From NCBI GenBank assembly GCA_014584465.1, contig JACTMU010000021.1, positions 9,743 through 73,742 of the forward strand: DNA of 64,000 nucleotides, in the 5' to 3' direction. Below are positions 17,907 to 27,630 of the stretch, in pieces. The notes under the pieces were generated by a model, which had not been told where the DNA came from, did not search any database, and worked only from the letters and a program-made list of their open reading frames with translations. The stretch is from Pseudomonadota bacterium (GTDB lineage Bacteria > Bdellovibrionota > Bdellovibrionia > Bdellovibrionales > JACTMU01). Made by a program: the position numbers and the translations under genes. Each line of letters opens with the position of its first letter. Position 1 is the stretch's first letter.

Positions 17907-18532
17907 GTTTGCGTCTCTATCACTATTGGAGATCTTCTTGCAGTTGGCGTGTCCGATGGGCTTTGGCCTACAAAGGGATTTCATGTGAATATGTTGCAGT
18001 GAATCTGTTGACGGATGAAGCCGAGGACCCAGAGTATCGAAAGAAGAATCCGTTTTCAACAGTTCCAACTTTGGAAATTGTGGATGAGAAACGATTTTTG
18101 ACCGAATCTATGGCCATCGTGAGCTGGCTGGATGATGGTTTTTCAAACACGCCTCGTCTGCTCTCTCAAGACCCGTGGAAGCGCGCAAAGATTTGGCAAC
18201 TGGCTGAAATTGTCAATGCAGGGATTCAGCCACTTCAAAATCTCAGAGTGCAAAAACGGGTGTCAGATGATCCTGCAGTCAGGTCCGAGTGGTCCCAGCA
18301 CTGGATCGCGTTGGGTTTTACTGCGTATGAAAATCTTGTTGCTGAAACTCAAGGGAGATTTTCGGTGGGAGATGAATTGAGCCTAGCAGATTTGTGCTTG
18401 ATCCCCCAGCTCTACAATGCTCGACGAAATGAGATGGATCTGCAAAGCTTTCCTCGAATTTTGGAGATCGAGTCCAATTGTTTGGCTGAGCAATCCTGTA
18501 AGATTTCGTCCCCCGATCAATTTAAGATCTAG
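17903..18532 (+). CDS. maiA: maleylacetoacetate isomerase (GST zeta class)
   Basis: LYHYWRSSCSWRVRWAL contains the SSCxWRVR zeta-class motif. TTG start overlaps the upstream stop (GTTGA). Confidence 0.8.
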   Translation: MSLRLYHYWRSSCSWRVRWALAYKGISCEYVAVNLLTDEAEDPEYRKKNPFSTVPTLEIVDEKRFLTESMAIVSWLDDGFSNTPRLLSQDPWKRAKIWQLAEIVNAGIQPLQNLRVQKRVSDDPAVRSEWSQHWIALGFTAYENLVAETQGRFSVGDELSLADLCLIPQLYNARRNEMDLQSFPRILEIESNCLAEQSCKISSPDQFKI

Positions 18533-18547
18533 TGGTTGAACCACTAG
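18529..18547. terminator. 19-bp perfect palindrome spanning both convergent stop codons (maiA and pilT)
   Basis: CTAGTGGTTGAACCACTAG includes the maiA TAG (18530-18532) and the complement of the pilT TAG (18544-18546). On the plus strand it is followed by GAGGTCTTTTTCTTTCT. Confidence 0.4.
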
Positions 18548-19767
18548 GAGGTCTTTTTCTTTCTCGAACGATAGGAAGATTGGTCCAATTCGATTTCGCT
18601 GAATTCATTTCCGGAGACATCATTTGTACGAATCGAGGTGTTCTGTGGAGTTGGGGGAGATGGCGGTGAAGATTTCCCCATGGATTGAATTCGATCGGCG
18701 ATGCCTGAACACTTCAGTGCAAAATCCTCGGGATTGTCTGTATGAAGAAGAGCCTCTTCATAGTCAATCGCACCTTGTTGGATGAGTTGAATCAGGCATT
18801 GATCGAAGGATTGCATGTTTCGTCCAATTCGACCCTCTTCAATGGCCGTCTTTATGTGATTGGTTCGAGATGGATCAAGGATCATATCACGAATTCGCTT
18901 GTTGTTGATGAGGACTTCCACAACAGGAAGGAAACCTCTTCCATCTCTCCTGCGCGCCAGTCGTTGACTGATGACGGCCCTGAGGACCGATCCGAGCTGA
19001 CTTCGAACCTGAAGGAGTTGATGGGGCTCATACATGGCAAGAATTCGATTGATGGATTCTTGAGCATCTAAAGTGTGCAGGGTCGAAAGAACAAGATGCC
19101 CTGTCTCTGCAGCAGTGAGCGCGATGTCGATGGTCTCTTTGTCACGCATCTCACCAATGAGTATGATGTCGGGATCCTGTCTTAGGGCTGCCCGGAGCGC
19201 CAAGGGAAAGTTTGTGGTGTCAATCCCAATTTCTCGTTGAGATATAATACTCTTTTCGTCGGGAATGAGATACTCGATGGGATCTTCAAGTGTGATGATG
19301 TGTTTGTACTTCGTTCGATTGATGAGATCCATCATGGCCGCAAGGGTTGATGATTTTCCAGATCCTGTGGCTCCACATACGAGAACGAGTCCTCTCTCAA
19401 AGTCCGCGATCTTGCCAATGATCGGAGGTAAGCAAAGCTCCGTCAGTGAGGGGACTGTAAATGAGATGGCCCGTATGACCATCCGAAGAGATCCTCGTTG
19501 TTGAAAGATGTTAATGCGAAATCGGCCAAGACCGGAAACTCCATAGCCAAGATCGACCTCTTTCTTAGTCAGTAATTGTGCTTTCTGCTGCTCATCCATC
19601 AAGGAGAGGGCCATGGCGCGAAGTTCCTCCTTAGAGATCTTTGGAAGAGCGAGGTCGAGGGGTTGAAGTTTTCCGTGAACACGAATGTAGGGTTGTTTTT
19701 CTGCTTTAAGATGAATGTCGCTGGCATGCTGTTGAACAGCTTGATAAAGAATGTCTTTTATGGTCAT
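18544..19767 (-). CDS. pilT: type IV pilus retraction ATPase PilT family
   Basis: GATGSGKSST Walker A, ILIGEMRD, TGHLVLSTLHT His box. ATG 19767 is preceded by GGGAGAAG. Carries an unusual Ser/Pro-rich C-terminal tail of about 50 aa. Confidence 0.85.
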   Translation of the reverse strand: MTIKDILYQAVQQHASDIHLKAEKQPYIRVHGKLQPLDLALPKISKEELRAMALSLMDEQQKAQLLTKKEVDLGYGVSGLGRFRINIFQQRGSLRMVIRAISFTVPSLTELCLPPIIGKIADFERGLVLVCGATGSGKSSTLAAMMDLINRTKYKHIITLEDPIEYLIPDEKSIISQREIGIDTTNFPLALRAALRQDPDIILIGEMRDKETIDIALTAAETGHLVLSTLHTLDAQESINRILAMYEPHQLLQVRSQLGSVLRAVISQRLARRRDGRGFLPVVEVLINNKRIRDMILDPSRTNHIKTAIEEGRIGRNMQSFDQCLIQLIQQGAIDYEEALLHTDNPEDFALKCSGIADRIQSMGKSSPPSPPTPQNTSIRTNDVSGNEFSEIELDQSSYRSRKKKTS

Positions 19768-20021
19768 TGGTGCTTCTCCCAATCGCCGCAGAAAGAGAAA
19801 ATGGTCGTTTCACGACGGCGACTCTATTAGGTTATCATGATTTCAGATATTGACTACATTGGCGAAATGATTGACCCTTTGGTCTTGGTCGGGCCGCTGT
19901 GATTGCATTCATTCGGGATCTGGCACTTGTCCTTGGTCAGGATCACCAAGTCGTGTGGGTCAATTTCTCTCTGAACACGACTCGTTAGCGGGTAAGACGA
20001 TTGAGAGGAGAGGAATTTTTT

Positions 20022-20486
20022 GTGAAGGGTTGGATTCGAGCAGTTGTAACTTGGTTTGGGGCTGGCCGCAGTCCCTGGGCACCCGGAACAGTTGGAACTC
20101 TTTGTGGTATTCCTTTAGTGGTGCTCTTTGGATTTTTCGGTCCCTACGCCTATATGGTGTTAACTCTTCTGTTTACACTGTTTTCCATTGTTGTGATCCA
20201 AGTTTATGAGGGATCATGTGAGGTGCACGACAGTTCGGAGATTGTTTTAGATGAGGTCGTAGGAATGTTGATTACGATGACTTGGATACCTCTTCATCCG
20301 TTGTGGGTGGGACTTGGGTTTTTGAGCTTTCGTTTTTTTGATGTGCTTAAGCCATTTCCCATTCGGTGGGTGGACCGTAAGGTCAAGGGTGGATTGGGTG
20401 TTGTGGCAGATGATGTGCTTGCAGGAATATTTTCTAATGTGATCTTACAGATTCTTTTTAATATGAGGATTTTTGAGTTCATTTGA
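20022..20486 (+). CDS. pgpA: phosphatidylglycerophosphatase A
   Basis: WFGAGRSPWAPGTVGTLCGIPL and LDEVVGM motifs. GTG 20022 is preceded by GGAGAGGA. Confidence 0.8.
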   Translation: MKGWIRAVVTWFGAGRSPWAPGTVGTLCGIPLVVLFGFFGPYAYMVLTLLFTLFSIVVIQVYEGSCEVHDSSEIVLDEVVGMLITMTWIPLHPLWVGLGFLSFRFFDVLKPFPIRWVDRKVKGGLGVVADDVLAGIFSNVILQILFNMRIFEFI

Positions 20487-20509
20487 TCCCATTTTCCAAG
20501 GAGGAGCCG

Positions 20510-21004
20510 ATGTCTTCAACGGTGAAAGGCGCAAAGGTCGATGATTTTCAAGCGTTGATGGATTGGTTTCTAGAACGCGGACAGACCTTGAGTGTTGCGG
20601 AAAGTTGCACTGGAGGTCTCTTTTCGTCAAGAATTGTGCAACACCCTGGGGTCTCATCTTTCTTTATGGGTGGTGTTGTGGCCTACTCCAATCAGGTGAA
20701 GAACGAGATGCTTGGTGTACCTTTGCATCTTCTTAAGGTTCTTGGAGCAGTTAGCCAACCGGTTGCGTTACTGATGGCAAAGGGTGTGTGTCAAAGGATT
20801 GGGAGTGACTGGGGAGTTGCAATTACAGGAGTGGCCGGTCCGACGGGCGAAACAGATCGAGTTCCAGTGGGGCGTGTTTGCTTTGGGATTGTTGGCCCGC
20901 TCTTTGAATATGCCGAGGAGCAGCAGTTTCAAGGATCAAGAGAAGAGGTCCAAAAGGCCTCTGTTCAACATGGTGCTAAGTTGTTGCTGAATCACTTGAA
21001 ATAG
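20510..21004 (+). CDS. pncC: CinA C-terminal domain protein / nicotinamide-nucleotide amidohydrolase
   Basis: SVAESCTGGL and ITGVAGPTG motifs. AAGGAGGAG RBS before ATG 20510. Classical position upstream of recA. Confidence 0.8.
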   Translation: MSSTVKGAKVDDFQALMDWFLERGQTLSVAESCTGGLFSSRIVQHPGVSSFFMGGVVAYSNQVKNEMLGVPLHLLKVLGAVSQPVALLMAKGVCQRIGSDWGVAITGVAGPTGETDRVPVGRVCFGIVGPLFEYAEEQQFQGSREEVQKASVQHGAKLLLNHLK

Positions 21005-21059
21005 AGTTTACTCAATCACTTTGTGAATAGATCAACGTACAGTAAAGGAGACCATCAAT

Positions 21060-22172
21060 ATGGCGACTGCAAATCCTATGAATACAGAGAGGACTCGTGC
21101 TTTAGAATTGGCAATGGGTTCAATTGAAAAGCAATTTGGAAAGGGTTCCATCATGAAGTTGGGCCAGCGAGAGGGTCTGATGGGTCAGATTCCGGTGGTG
21201 AGCACTGGCTCGTTGAGTTTGGATATTGGATTGGGGATCGGTGGTCTTCCAAAGGGACGCATTGTGGAAATCTATGGGCCGGAAAGTTCTGGTAAAACCA
21301 CGTTGGCTCTCTCCACCATTGCTCAATCTCAAAAAGAGGGAGGAGTGGTTGCTTTTGTGGATGCGGAACATGCACTTGATGTAACTTATGCGAAAAAATT
21401 GGGCGTCAATGTGGATGAACTTCTTGTTTCACAGCCCGATACGGGAGAGCAGGCACTTGAGATCACAGAGACCCTTGTGCGTTCTGGTGCCATCGACGTG
21501 TTGGTTGTAGACTCGGTTGCAGCGCTGACTCCACGAGCAGAGATCGAAGGAGATATGGGTGACTCGCATATGGGGTTGCAGGCTCGACTTATGTCACAGG
21601 CATTGAGAAAACTTACAGCTGCGATCAGTCGCAGTAACACCTTAGTGATTTTCATCAACCAGATTCGAATGAAGATTGGGGTTATGTTTGGAAACCCTGA
21701 GACCACGACAGGTGGAAATGCTTTGAAGTTTTACTCTTCGGTACGGCTGGATGTGCGACGGGTCGGATCGATCAAAGAGGGTGAGGATGCGATTGGGAAC
21801 CGTACGGCGGTTAAGGTCGTAAAGAACAAAATGGCACCTCCTTTTGCTAAAGTTGAATTTGATCTCATGTACGGACAGGGAATTTCGGCGGAAGGTGACC
21901 TTCTTGATCTTGCAGTCAAAAAGAACCTTATTGAAAAGTCGGGAGCTTGGTACAGTTATCAAGGTGAAAGAATGGGGCAAGGGCGTGAGGCGGCTAAAGT
22001 CTTTTTGAAGGAGAACCCCAGTTTGATGGCGTCACTGAGAAAGGAGATCTTGGAGGCACACGGAATTGGCGTGAAGAGTCCTAAAGAGCCAAAGGAACTG
22101 GATGCGGCAGCGAGTGCAGATGCAGCTGCAGCTGCAAAGTCCAAAGCGGCCAAGAAAGAGGCACGTATCTAG
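21060..22172 (+). CDS. recA: recombinase RecA
   Basis: Canonical RecA sequence throughout ([12 protein letters not shown] Walker A, L1/L2 loop regions). Ala/Lys-rich C-terminal tail. Confidence 0.97.
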   Translation: MATANPMNTERTRALELAMGSIEKQFGKGSIMKLGQREGLMGQIPVVSTGSLSLDIGLGIGGLPKGRIVEIYGPESSGKTTLALSTIAQSQKEGGVVAFVDAEHALDVTYAKKLGVNVDELLVSQPDTGEQALEITETLVRSGAIDVLVVDSVAALTPRAEIEGDMGDSHMGLQARLMSQALRKLTAAISRSNTLVIFINQIRMKIGVMFGNPETTTGGNALKFYSSVRLDVRRVGSIKEGEDAIGNRTAVKVVKNKMAPPFAKVEFDLMYGQGISAEGDLLDLAVKKNLIEKSGAWYSYQGERMGQGREAAKVFLKENPSLMASLRKEILEAHGIGVKSPKEPKELDAAASADAAAAAKSKAAKKEARI

Positions 22173-22259
22173 TGCCTGGCGAAACCTGCTTTCGAGCGAA
22201 TTTCCATAAGTTTTTCTTATGCCGAGGCGAGCCGACGAAGGGCTGGTCAGAGGCACGAT

Positions 22260-24041
22260 CTAATAGAGGCGGTTGAGCTCATCCTTGTATTTCTCTTCGC
22301 AATATTTTCTTCTAATTTTGGAAGAAGGGGTGAGCTCTCCTGTTTCAATTGAAAAGGAGTGGGGAACGATCAGGAAGTTTTTGATCGTTTCAAAGTGTGC
22401 AAGGTGGCTATTCGTTTCAGCTACAGTTTTTCGGATGAGAGATTTGATCTTGGGATGTTGAGTGAGCGTGGCATCGTCCTTGTAGGAGATGGCATTTTCT
22501 GAAGCGTACTGTTTGATTGTGGGAATGTCGATGCTGATCAGGGCCACGATGTGTTTGCGTCGATCACCATGAATCAGAGCTGATGAGATATAGGGAGATG
22601 CCGTAAGGAGGTTCTCCAATCTTTGGGGTGCGACATACTTCCCTCCAGCTGTCTTAATGAGATTCTTTTTTCTATCTGTAATGATCAGTCGACCCTCTTC
22701 AAGATAACCTATGTCCCCTGTAGGAAAGAATCCGTTCTGAAATGGCTGCTCTTGTTGATTGTGGTATCCCATCATGATCATCGGACCCTTAACCAAGATC
22801 TCTCCATCCTCATGGATTTGAACTTCGACGTTGGGAAGTGGAGGGCCAACAGTTCCAAATTTGTAATTAAAGGGACTGTTGCAACAGACGGCCGCAGTTG
22901 TTTCAGTTAGTCCATAGCCTTCAAGAAGCAGGATCCCTATGGATTGAAAGAAGTTTGCAGTCTCTATGCTCAGAGGAGCTCCTCCACAAAAGGCCAGACG
23001 AAGACGACCTCCAAATCCGTTTTGGATTTGATCCAAGATCACCTTTTTTGCGGTTTGATATTTAATGAGAAGAGAAAAGGGGATGGATCTGCGCTCTTGT
23101 TGATGCTGGGAGACTTGGATGCCAACGTCGATGGCCCACTGAAAGAGTTTATTCTTGGTCGGGGAGATTTCCATTTTCGTTGTGATCCGATTTTGTATCT
23201 TTTCGAATATTCGAGGAACTCCGACCATCACCGTTGGTCGAACGGTTCTAAAGTATTCAGGGAGTTTCTCAATATTTTCTACGTAGGCCATAGTGAACTG
23301 ACAGAAGATGTGCATCCAATGTTCGACTCGACCGAGTATATGGGTAAAGGGAAGAAGAGTAAGTGAAACATCTTGAGAGGTGATCTGAAGAAGATGAGCA
23401 AGTGATTGGATCTCACTTAAGATCTGAGAATGCCCAATGAGAACTCCCTTGGGGATTCCAGTGGTTCCCGAAGTGTAGACAATGGTTGCAAGATCTTCAG
23501 ATGAAACCTCACTAAGGGACTGCTCAAACCAAGAGGGCTCATGATCCAGAAGCTTTTGACCACTGAGAATGAGATCAGAGAGATTTGTAAGTGGGATCGA
23601 GAGTTCAGGATGAAAAGAGGGCTCTTTGGATTGGGGCGGTTCGATGAGGACGACATGTTCCAGTTTTGGACAGGTCTCTTTGAGGTGAACGAGTTTTTCG
23701 AGCATTTGAGAGTTTTCACACACCAACACTTTGGCATGGCTGTCATTGAGGATGAATGTGATCTCCTGGGGGAGAGCACTGGCATAGATGGGCACGGTGA
23801 CTGCTTTTGATCCGAGTATGGCCATATCGACCAAGGACCATTCGTATCGAGTATTAGAAAAGAGTGCGACACATTCTCCCTCTTGAACACCCAGTTCTTT
23901 GAGACCCAGGGCAATCTTACAACTTGACTCAAAATAGAAAGACCATGTGAGAGGTTGCCACTCTTTTTTTGATTTCTTTAGAATGGAAGTCTTTCGATTG
24001 CTCTTGAGATTTAAGAAGAGTTCACAAATGGTTTGACTCAT
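22260..24041 (-). CDS. long-chain fatty acid--CoA ligase (AMP-forming)
   Basis: YTSGTTGIPKGV, EGYGLTET, TGDIGY, SSKIRRK motifs. ATG 24041 lies 1 nt after the kinase stop (TGAGATG). Confidence 0.85.
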   Translation of the reverse strand: MSQTICELFLNLKSNRKTSILKKSKKEWQPLTWSFYFESSCKIALGLKELGVQEGECVALFSNTRYEWSLVDMAILGSKAVTVPIYASALPQEITFILNDSHAKVLVCENSQMLEKLVHLKETCPKLEHVVLIEPPQSKEPSFHPELSIPLTNLSDLILSGQKLLDHEPSWFEQSLSEVSSEDLATIVYTSGTTGIPKGVLIGHSQILSEIQSLAHLLQITSQDVSLTLLPFTHILGRVEHWMHIFCQFTMAYVENIEKLPEYFRTVRPTVMVGVPRIFEKIQNRITTKMEISPTKNKLFQWAIDVGIQVSQHQQERRSIPFSLLIKYQTAKKVILDQIQNGFGGRLRLAFCGGAPLSIETANFFQSIGILLLEGYGLTETTAAVCCNSPFNYKFGTVGPPLPNVEVQIHEDGEILVKGPMIMMGYHNQQEQPFQNGFFPTGDIGYLEEGRLIITDRKKNLIKTAGGKYVAPQRLENLLTASPYISSALIHGDRRKHIVALISIDIPTIKQYASENAISYKDDATLTQHPKIKSLIRKTVAETNSHLAHFETIKNFLIVPHSFSIETGELTPSSKIRRKYCEEKYKDELNRLY

Positions 24042-24042
24042 C

Positions 24043-26028
24043 TCAACGTCTCTTGGTCTTGATGTTTTTTTCGCTGTTGGACTTCTTTGTTCCCTTAGAT
24101 TTGCTCGACGGCAAAGCAGGAAAGAGGTGAACAGTGACTTGACGGTCTTGTTCGATGGAGACAACTTGTTCGTCGGACGCGCCATTGTACGGATTGACAG
24201 CTTTGATTCTCACCTTCGATTGTGCTGGCACAGGGTAGAGTTTAAGAGGAAGAGGCTCTTTGATCTCTTGTCCATCAATAAAGAGCATGGTCCCGCCGCT
24301 AGGAATCACTTGGACGTTGATGTAGCCTACACGTTCCCTTTGGAGCGTAAATGAGAGTGTTTTTAATTCATTGGGGGTGGCAATTTCTTGAGAGTAGGTC
24401 ACATAACCCGGTTTTTTGATTGTGATCCTAAACGTGGGTTGATCTCGCTTGATCGGTATCGTAACTGGTGTGATCAGGCCGGTGCTTTCATTGTTGATCA
24501 GAATTGAGGCACCTTCGGGAATTGATTCTACGAAGATACGAACATGATCTTGAATGGAATCACTCGTTGGTTCCATTTGTTGGTCAGTGTTGGAACTCAG
24601 TGTGGATGAACTTTCTTCTAGCAGTCCAGACTGCGATGATGTCTCGATTGAGGGGTCGTGCCTTCGATGGTTCAATGGAAGTAAGAAGTAGACAGCAAAG
24701 ATGGTTACGGTCGAAAACATGAGTGTCCCGAAGACCGAAATGATCGGATATTTCTTCTTCTTGCGCTTTCGATAGCTTGGAATGGATTGAGATGCAGATC
24801 GTGTGTAAGTTTTGGTATTGGTAACCTCAAGTGACGGAAGATTGCTAAGGTCGACCTTTCTAGGCCTCTTACAGTTGTCCTTTTGCACTTCCAGTTTGGA
24901 GAAACTGGGGATGTCTTGATTTGAAGGAGAAGCTCCAGGTGCAGTGTGTATGGAACCGTGATCGCCAGTCAGTGTTGGTTGGGTGTCCCCAGTAAATGTG
25001 AGAGTCGTGGTTCCTCCAGAAGCTTCTTCTTTCATGGAGGTTTCGTGGGTGTAGAGAACTTTAGAGTATTCAACCAGCTTCAATCGACTCTCGAGGATCT
25101 CCTGAGAGTAGATCGACTTAATGAAGGTTCGAAAATCAGAAGGCAAAAAGTCAGGATATTGTCGATTGAGAAAGCGGGTTAAATCGCGATGGAGGTCTGC
25201 TGCAGACTGATAGCGTGCATTTCGGTCACGAGTCAGTGCTTTGTTGCAAATGGCTTCCAACTCAATGGGAATTGCTGGATTGATCTTTCTCAGACTTGGA
25301 ATTTGGCAATCTCGGACCTTGCGGAGTGTGTTGATCTCATTGCTTGCAACAAAAAGGCGATCTGAGGCGAGGAGTTCCCAAAGAATGATTCCAATGGAGA
25401 AGATATCTGTTCGGTGGTCAATGTTTTGACCTTCAGCTTGCTCTGGGCTCATATAGCCAAATTTTCCTTTGAGCGTTCCGGCCCGCGTATTTTCGATTTG
25501 GCTCGTGGCCTTTGCGATTCCGAAGTCAATGAGCTTCACTTCGCCTTCGAAGCTGATCATGATGTTTTGAGGACTCATATCTCGGTGAATGATGTTGAGA
25601 GGCTTGGCCGTTGTAGGATCCAAACAGCGGTGGGCAAACTCCAAAGCAGATACAACTTCTTTGATCACGTAGACGATGTGTTCAATGGAGAACGTAAGCG
25701 CCCTTTTCTTCAGCTTGTTGATAATCTGCCTTAAGTTCGCGCCTTCGACATAGGTCATGGCCAAGAAAAAGAGATTGTTGACGATGCCGAACTCGTGGAT
25801 GGTTGCAATGTTGCTGTGAACAAGATTGAGAGCTATTTTTGCTTCATCTTTGAACATTTCGATGAAGTCGGCATTGTCAGAGTACTGGGGTAAGATTCTT
25901 TTGATTGCTAGAAATTTTGCAATGCCTCCAAGGCTTGGCGTCTTTGCCAAGTAGATCTCTGCCATACCGCCTTGGTTGAGCTTTTCAAGCAGAATGTATT
26001 TGCCAAAGACTTCGTAGTTTTGAGACAC
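24043..26028 (-). CDS. Hanks-type Ser/Thr protein kinase with TM helix and extracytoplasmic PEGA domains
   Basis: Kinase motifs AIKRI, HRDMSPQN, LIDFGIA, YMSPEQ. TM segment YPIISVFGTLMFSTVTIFAVYFLLPL. C-terminal VESIPEGASILINNESTG (PEGA) and a second degenerate copy VQVIPSGGTMLFIDGQE. Confidence 0.85.
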   Translation of the reverse strand: MSQNYEVFGKYILLEKLNQGGMAEIYLAKTPSLGGIAKFLAIKRILPQYSDNADFIEMFKDEAKIALNLVHSNIATIHEFGIVNNLFFLAMTYVEGANLRQIINKLKKRALTFSIEHIVYVIKEVVSALEFAHRCLDPTTAKPLNIIHRDMSPQNIMISFEGEVKLIDFGIAKATSQIENTRAGTLKGKFGYMSPEQAEGQNIDHRTDIFSIGIILWELLASDRLFVASNEINTLRKVRDCQIPSLRKINPAIPIELEAICNKALTRDRNARYQSAADLHRDLTRFLNRQYPDFLPSDFRTFIKSIYSQEILESRLKLVEYSKVLYTHETSMKEEASGGTTTLTFTGDTQPTLTGDHGSIHTAPGASPSNQDIPSFSKLEVQKDNCKRPRKVDLSNLPSLEVTNTKTYTRSASQSIPSYRKRKKKKYPIISVFGTLMFSTVTIFAVYFLLPLNHRRHDPSIETSSQSGLLEESSSTLSSNTDQQMEPTSDSIQDHVRIFVESIPEGASILINNESTGLITPVTIPIKRDQPTFRITIKKPGYVTYSQEIATPNELKTLSFTLQRERVGYINVQVIPSGGTMLFIDGQEIKEPLPLKLYPVPAQSKVRIKAVNPYNGASDEQVVSIEQDRQVTVHLFPALPSSKSKGTKKSNSEKNIKTKRR

Positions 26029-26151
26029 TGGGCTGGGCTCTCCTTACTCTCTGATCATTGAGTTATCGGAAGAGTCACCGGCCTTCTTAAGGCTGAGAGT
26101 CATGGTTGTGATCAGACCACACAGTCGTTGGTCGAGTGGATGGTGCATTTA

Positions 26152-26781
26152 ATGATGAAATGGGTGGGGCTGACAGGAGGCATTGGATCGGGCAAGTCGA
26201 CCGTGAGCCGTATGCTACGGGATCTGGGTTATGTTGTTATAGACGCAGATCAAGTTGCTAGAGACGTAGTTCAACCTGGCCAAAGGGCTTATGAAGGAAT
26301 TGTAAAGGCCTTTGGCACTGAGGTTCTGAACTCTTCTGGTGAGATCGATCGAAAGAGGCTTGCCAGAAGAGTCTTTTCAACTCCAAAGAGCCTCAAACGT
26401 CTTGAGGAGATTGTGCATCCAGAGGTGAAAAAAGTGGTTGAAGCTGAGAGACTGAGATTTGAAAAAGAAGGAAAGGAGATTCTGTTTTACGAGGTCCCAC
26501 TTCTCTTTGAAAAAGGACTCGAAAAGGATTTTGATGAGACGGTTCTTGTCTATTGTCTAGAAAACTTGCAGAGAGCTAGGCTCAAGGAGCGAGACCACTT
26601 TTCAGACGAAGAGATCGAGCAGCGTTTGGCCGCTCAGCTCTCTTTGAGCTACAAGTTTGAGAGATCTGATTTTGTCATCAACAATAATGGATCTTTAGTT
26701 GACCTTAAACAAGAGGTTCAAGATTACCTTGACAGTCTGATCAAGCGAATGAAAACCGCTCATCACCATGCCCAAGAGTAA
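26152..26781 (+). CDS. coaE: dephospho-CoA kinase
   Basis: MMKWVGLTGGIGSGKSTV P-loop at the N-terminus. The track's earlier start at 26128 is less likely. Confidence 0.85.
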   Translation: MMKWVGLTGGIGSGKSTVSRMLRDLGYVVIDADQVARDVVQPGQRAYEGIVKAFGTEVLNSSGEIDRKRLARRVFSTPKSLKRLEEIVHPEVKKVVEAERLRFEKEGKEILFYEVPLLFEKGLEKDFDETVLVYCLENLQRARLKERDHFSDEEIEQRLAAQLSLSYKFERSDFVINNNGSLVDLKQEVQDYLDSLIKRMKTAHHHAQE

Positions 26782-27554
26782 CCTCCTGTCATTGTACACT
26801 CCAGGTCTTGATTGAATCGATAGACCAAGTCGAGCTCACCTCGAAGGCTTACCGAAGCCAGGACCCAATATTCTACGCCCGCTGCAGTTCGAAGTTGATA
26901 GTTTTCGAAATGGAGCAAAGTAGAAAAATTCTCTGAAGGGTTAAGTGTGACCCCCAATCCTGCTTTCGCAAAGGGCCGAAGGGATTCGTGGGGCCAAAAG
27001 ATCCAACGCCTTTGCAGATGTAAAACTCCATCGCCATGGTTGGTTACATCCACACCGCCCTCCCATCCAACTCCGGCGTCGGAGCTCAAAAAGTACTGAA
27101 AACCGACCAAATATCCAGGGTCTAAGAGATGTTGAAAGTTGAACGAAACACCTATGCGTGGGGAAAAGGAATTTCGATAGGAGTAGAAGATTTGATCTTG
27201 AGGTCTCGATCTTGGCCCTGTCGATGGAGCCTGTGGGTTGGGTTGGGCAACATCGAGATTCTCAAGGAGTGATGGTTCAAAAGTCTCTTTTTGGTCCTCT
27301 TGAACTGAGGGATCTGTTTCAAATGGATCAATTCCAATTTCCACTGGCCTTTGGTCATCTCGACCTGCTGCCACGGAATATGAAGGAAAGCTTAGAAAGA
27401 GGATCCACGACCAAAAGAAAAGGTGAAGAGATGGATGGAGATTTCGGTTGGATTGGTCAACTTTCCAGAAAGAGCAATTCGAAAGAGAAGATTTCGATGC
27501 GGTGTTCTGGTTATTTTTTCTATTGGTCATTGGTGGAAACAAGTTTAACCTCAT
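26763..27554 (-). CDS. small outer-membrane beta-barrel protein (hypothetical)
   Basis: Hydrophobic signal-like segment and a Pro/Gln-rich linker. The C-terminal about 150 aa show alternating-hydrophobicity strands ending ..MTGGYSWAW (aromatic terminus). No named family recognised. Confidence 0.45.
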   Translation of the reverse strand: MRLNLFPPMTNRKNNQNTASKSSLSNCSFWKVDQSNRNLHPSLHLFFWSWILFLSFPSYSVAAGRDDQRPVEIGIDPFETDPSVQEDQKETFEPSLLENLDVAQPNPQAPSTGPRSRPQDQIFYSYRNSFSPRIGVSFNFQHLLDPGYLVGFQYFLSSDAGVGWEGGVDVTNHGDGVLHLQRRWIFWPHESLRPFAKAGLGVTLNPSENFSTLLHFENYQLRTAAGVEYWVLASVSLRGELDLVYRFNQDLECTMTGGYSWAW

Positions 27555-27630
27555 TTAGGATCCGTGCCAAAATAAATTGGGCGTTTTCGCACCGTGGATT
27601 TTGGCACTGATTTTCAATTTAGGAGTCTCT

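Noticed and set aside
22173-22259. Structured element after recA resembling the hflX-downstream element (begins GTGCCTGG, ends GGCACGATC)
   Set aside because: Only a 6-bp outer pairing and one AT-rich hairpin (CATAAG-TTTTT-CTTATG) can be drawn. The similarity to 35630-35723 is limited to the ends, which is insufficient to call a family.
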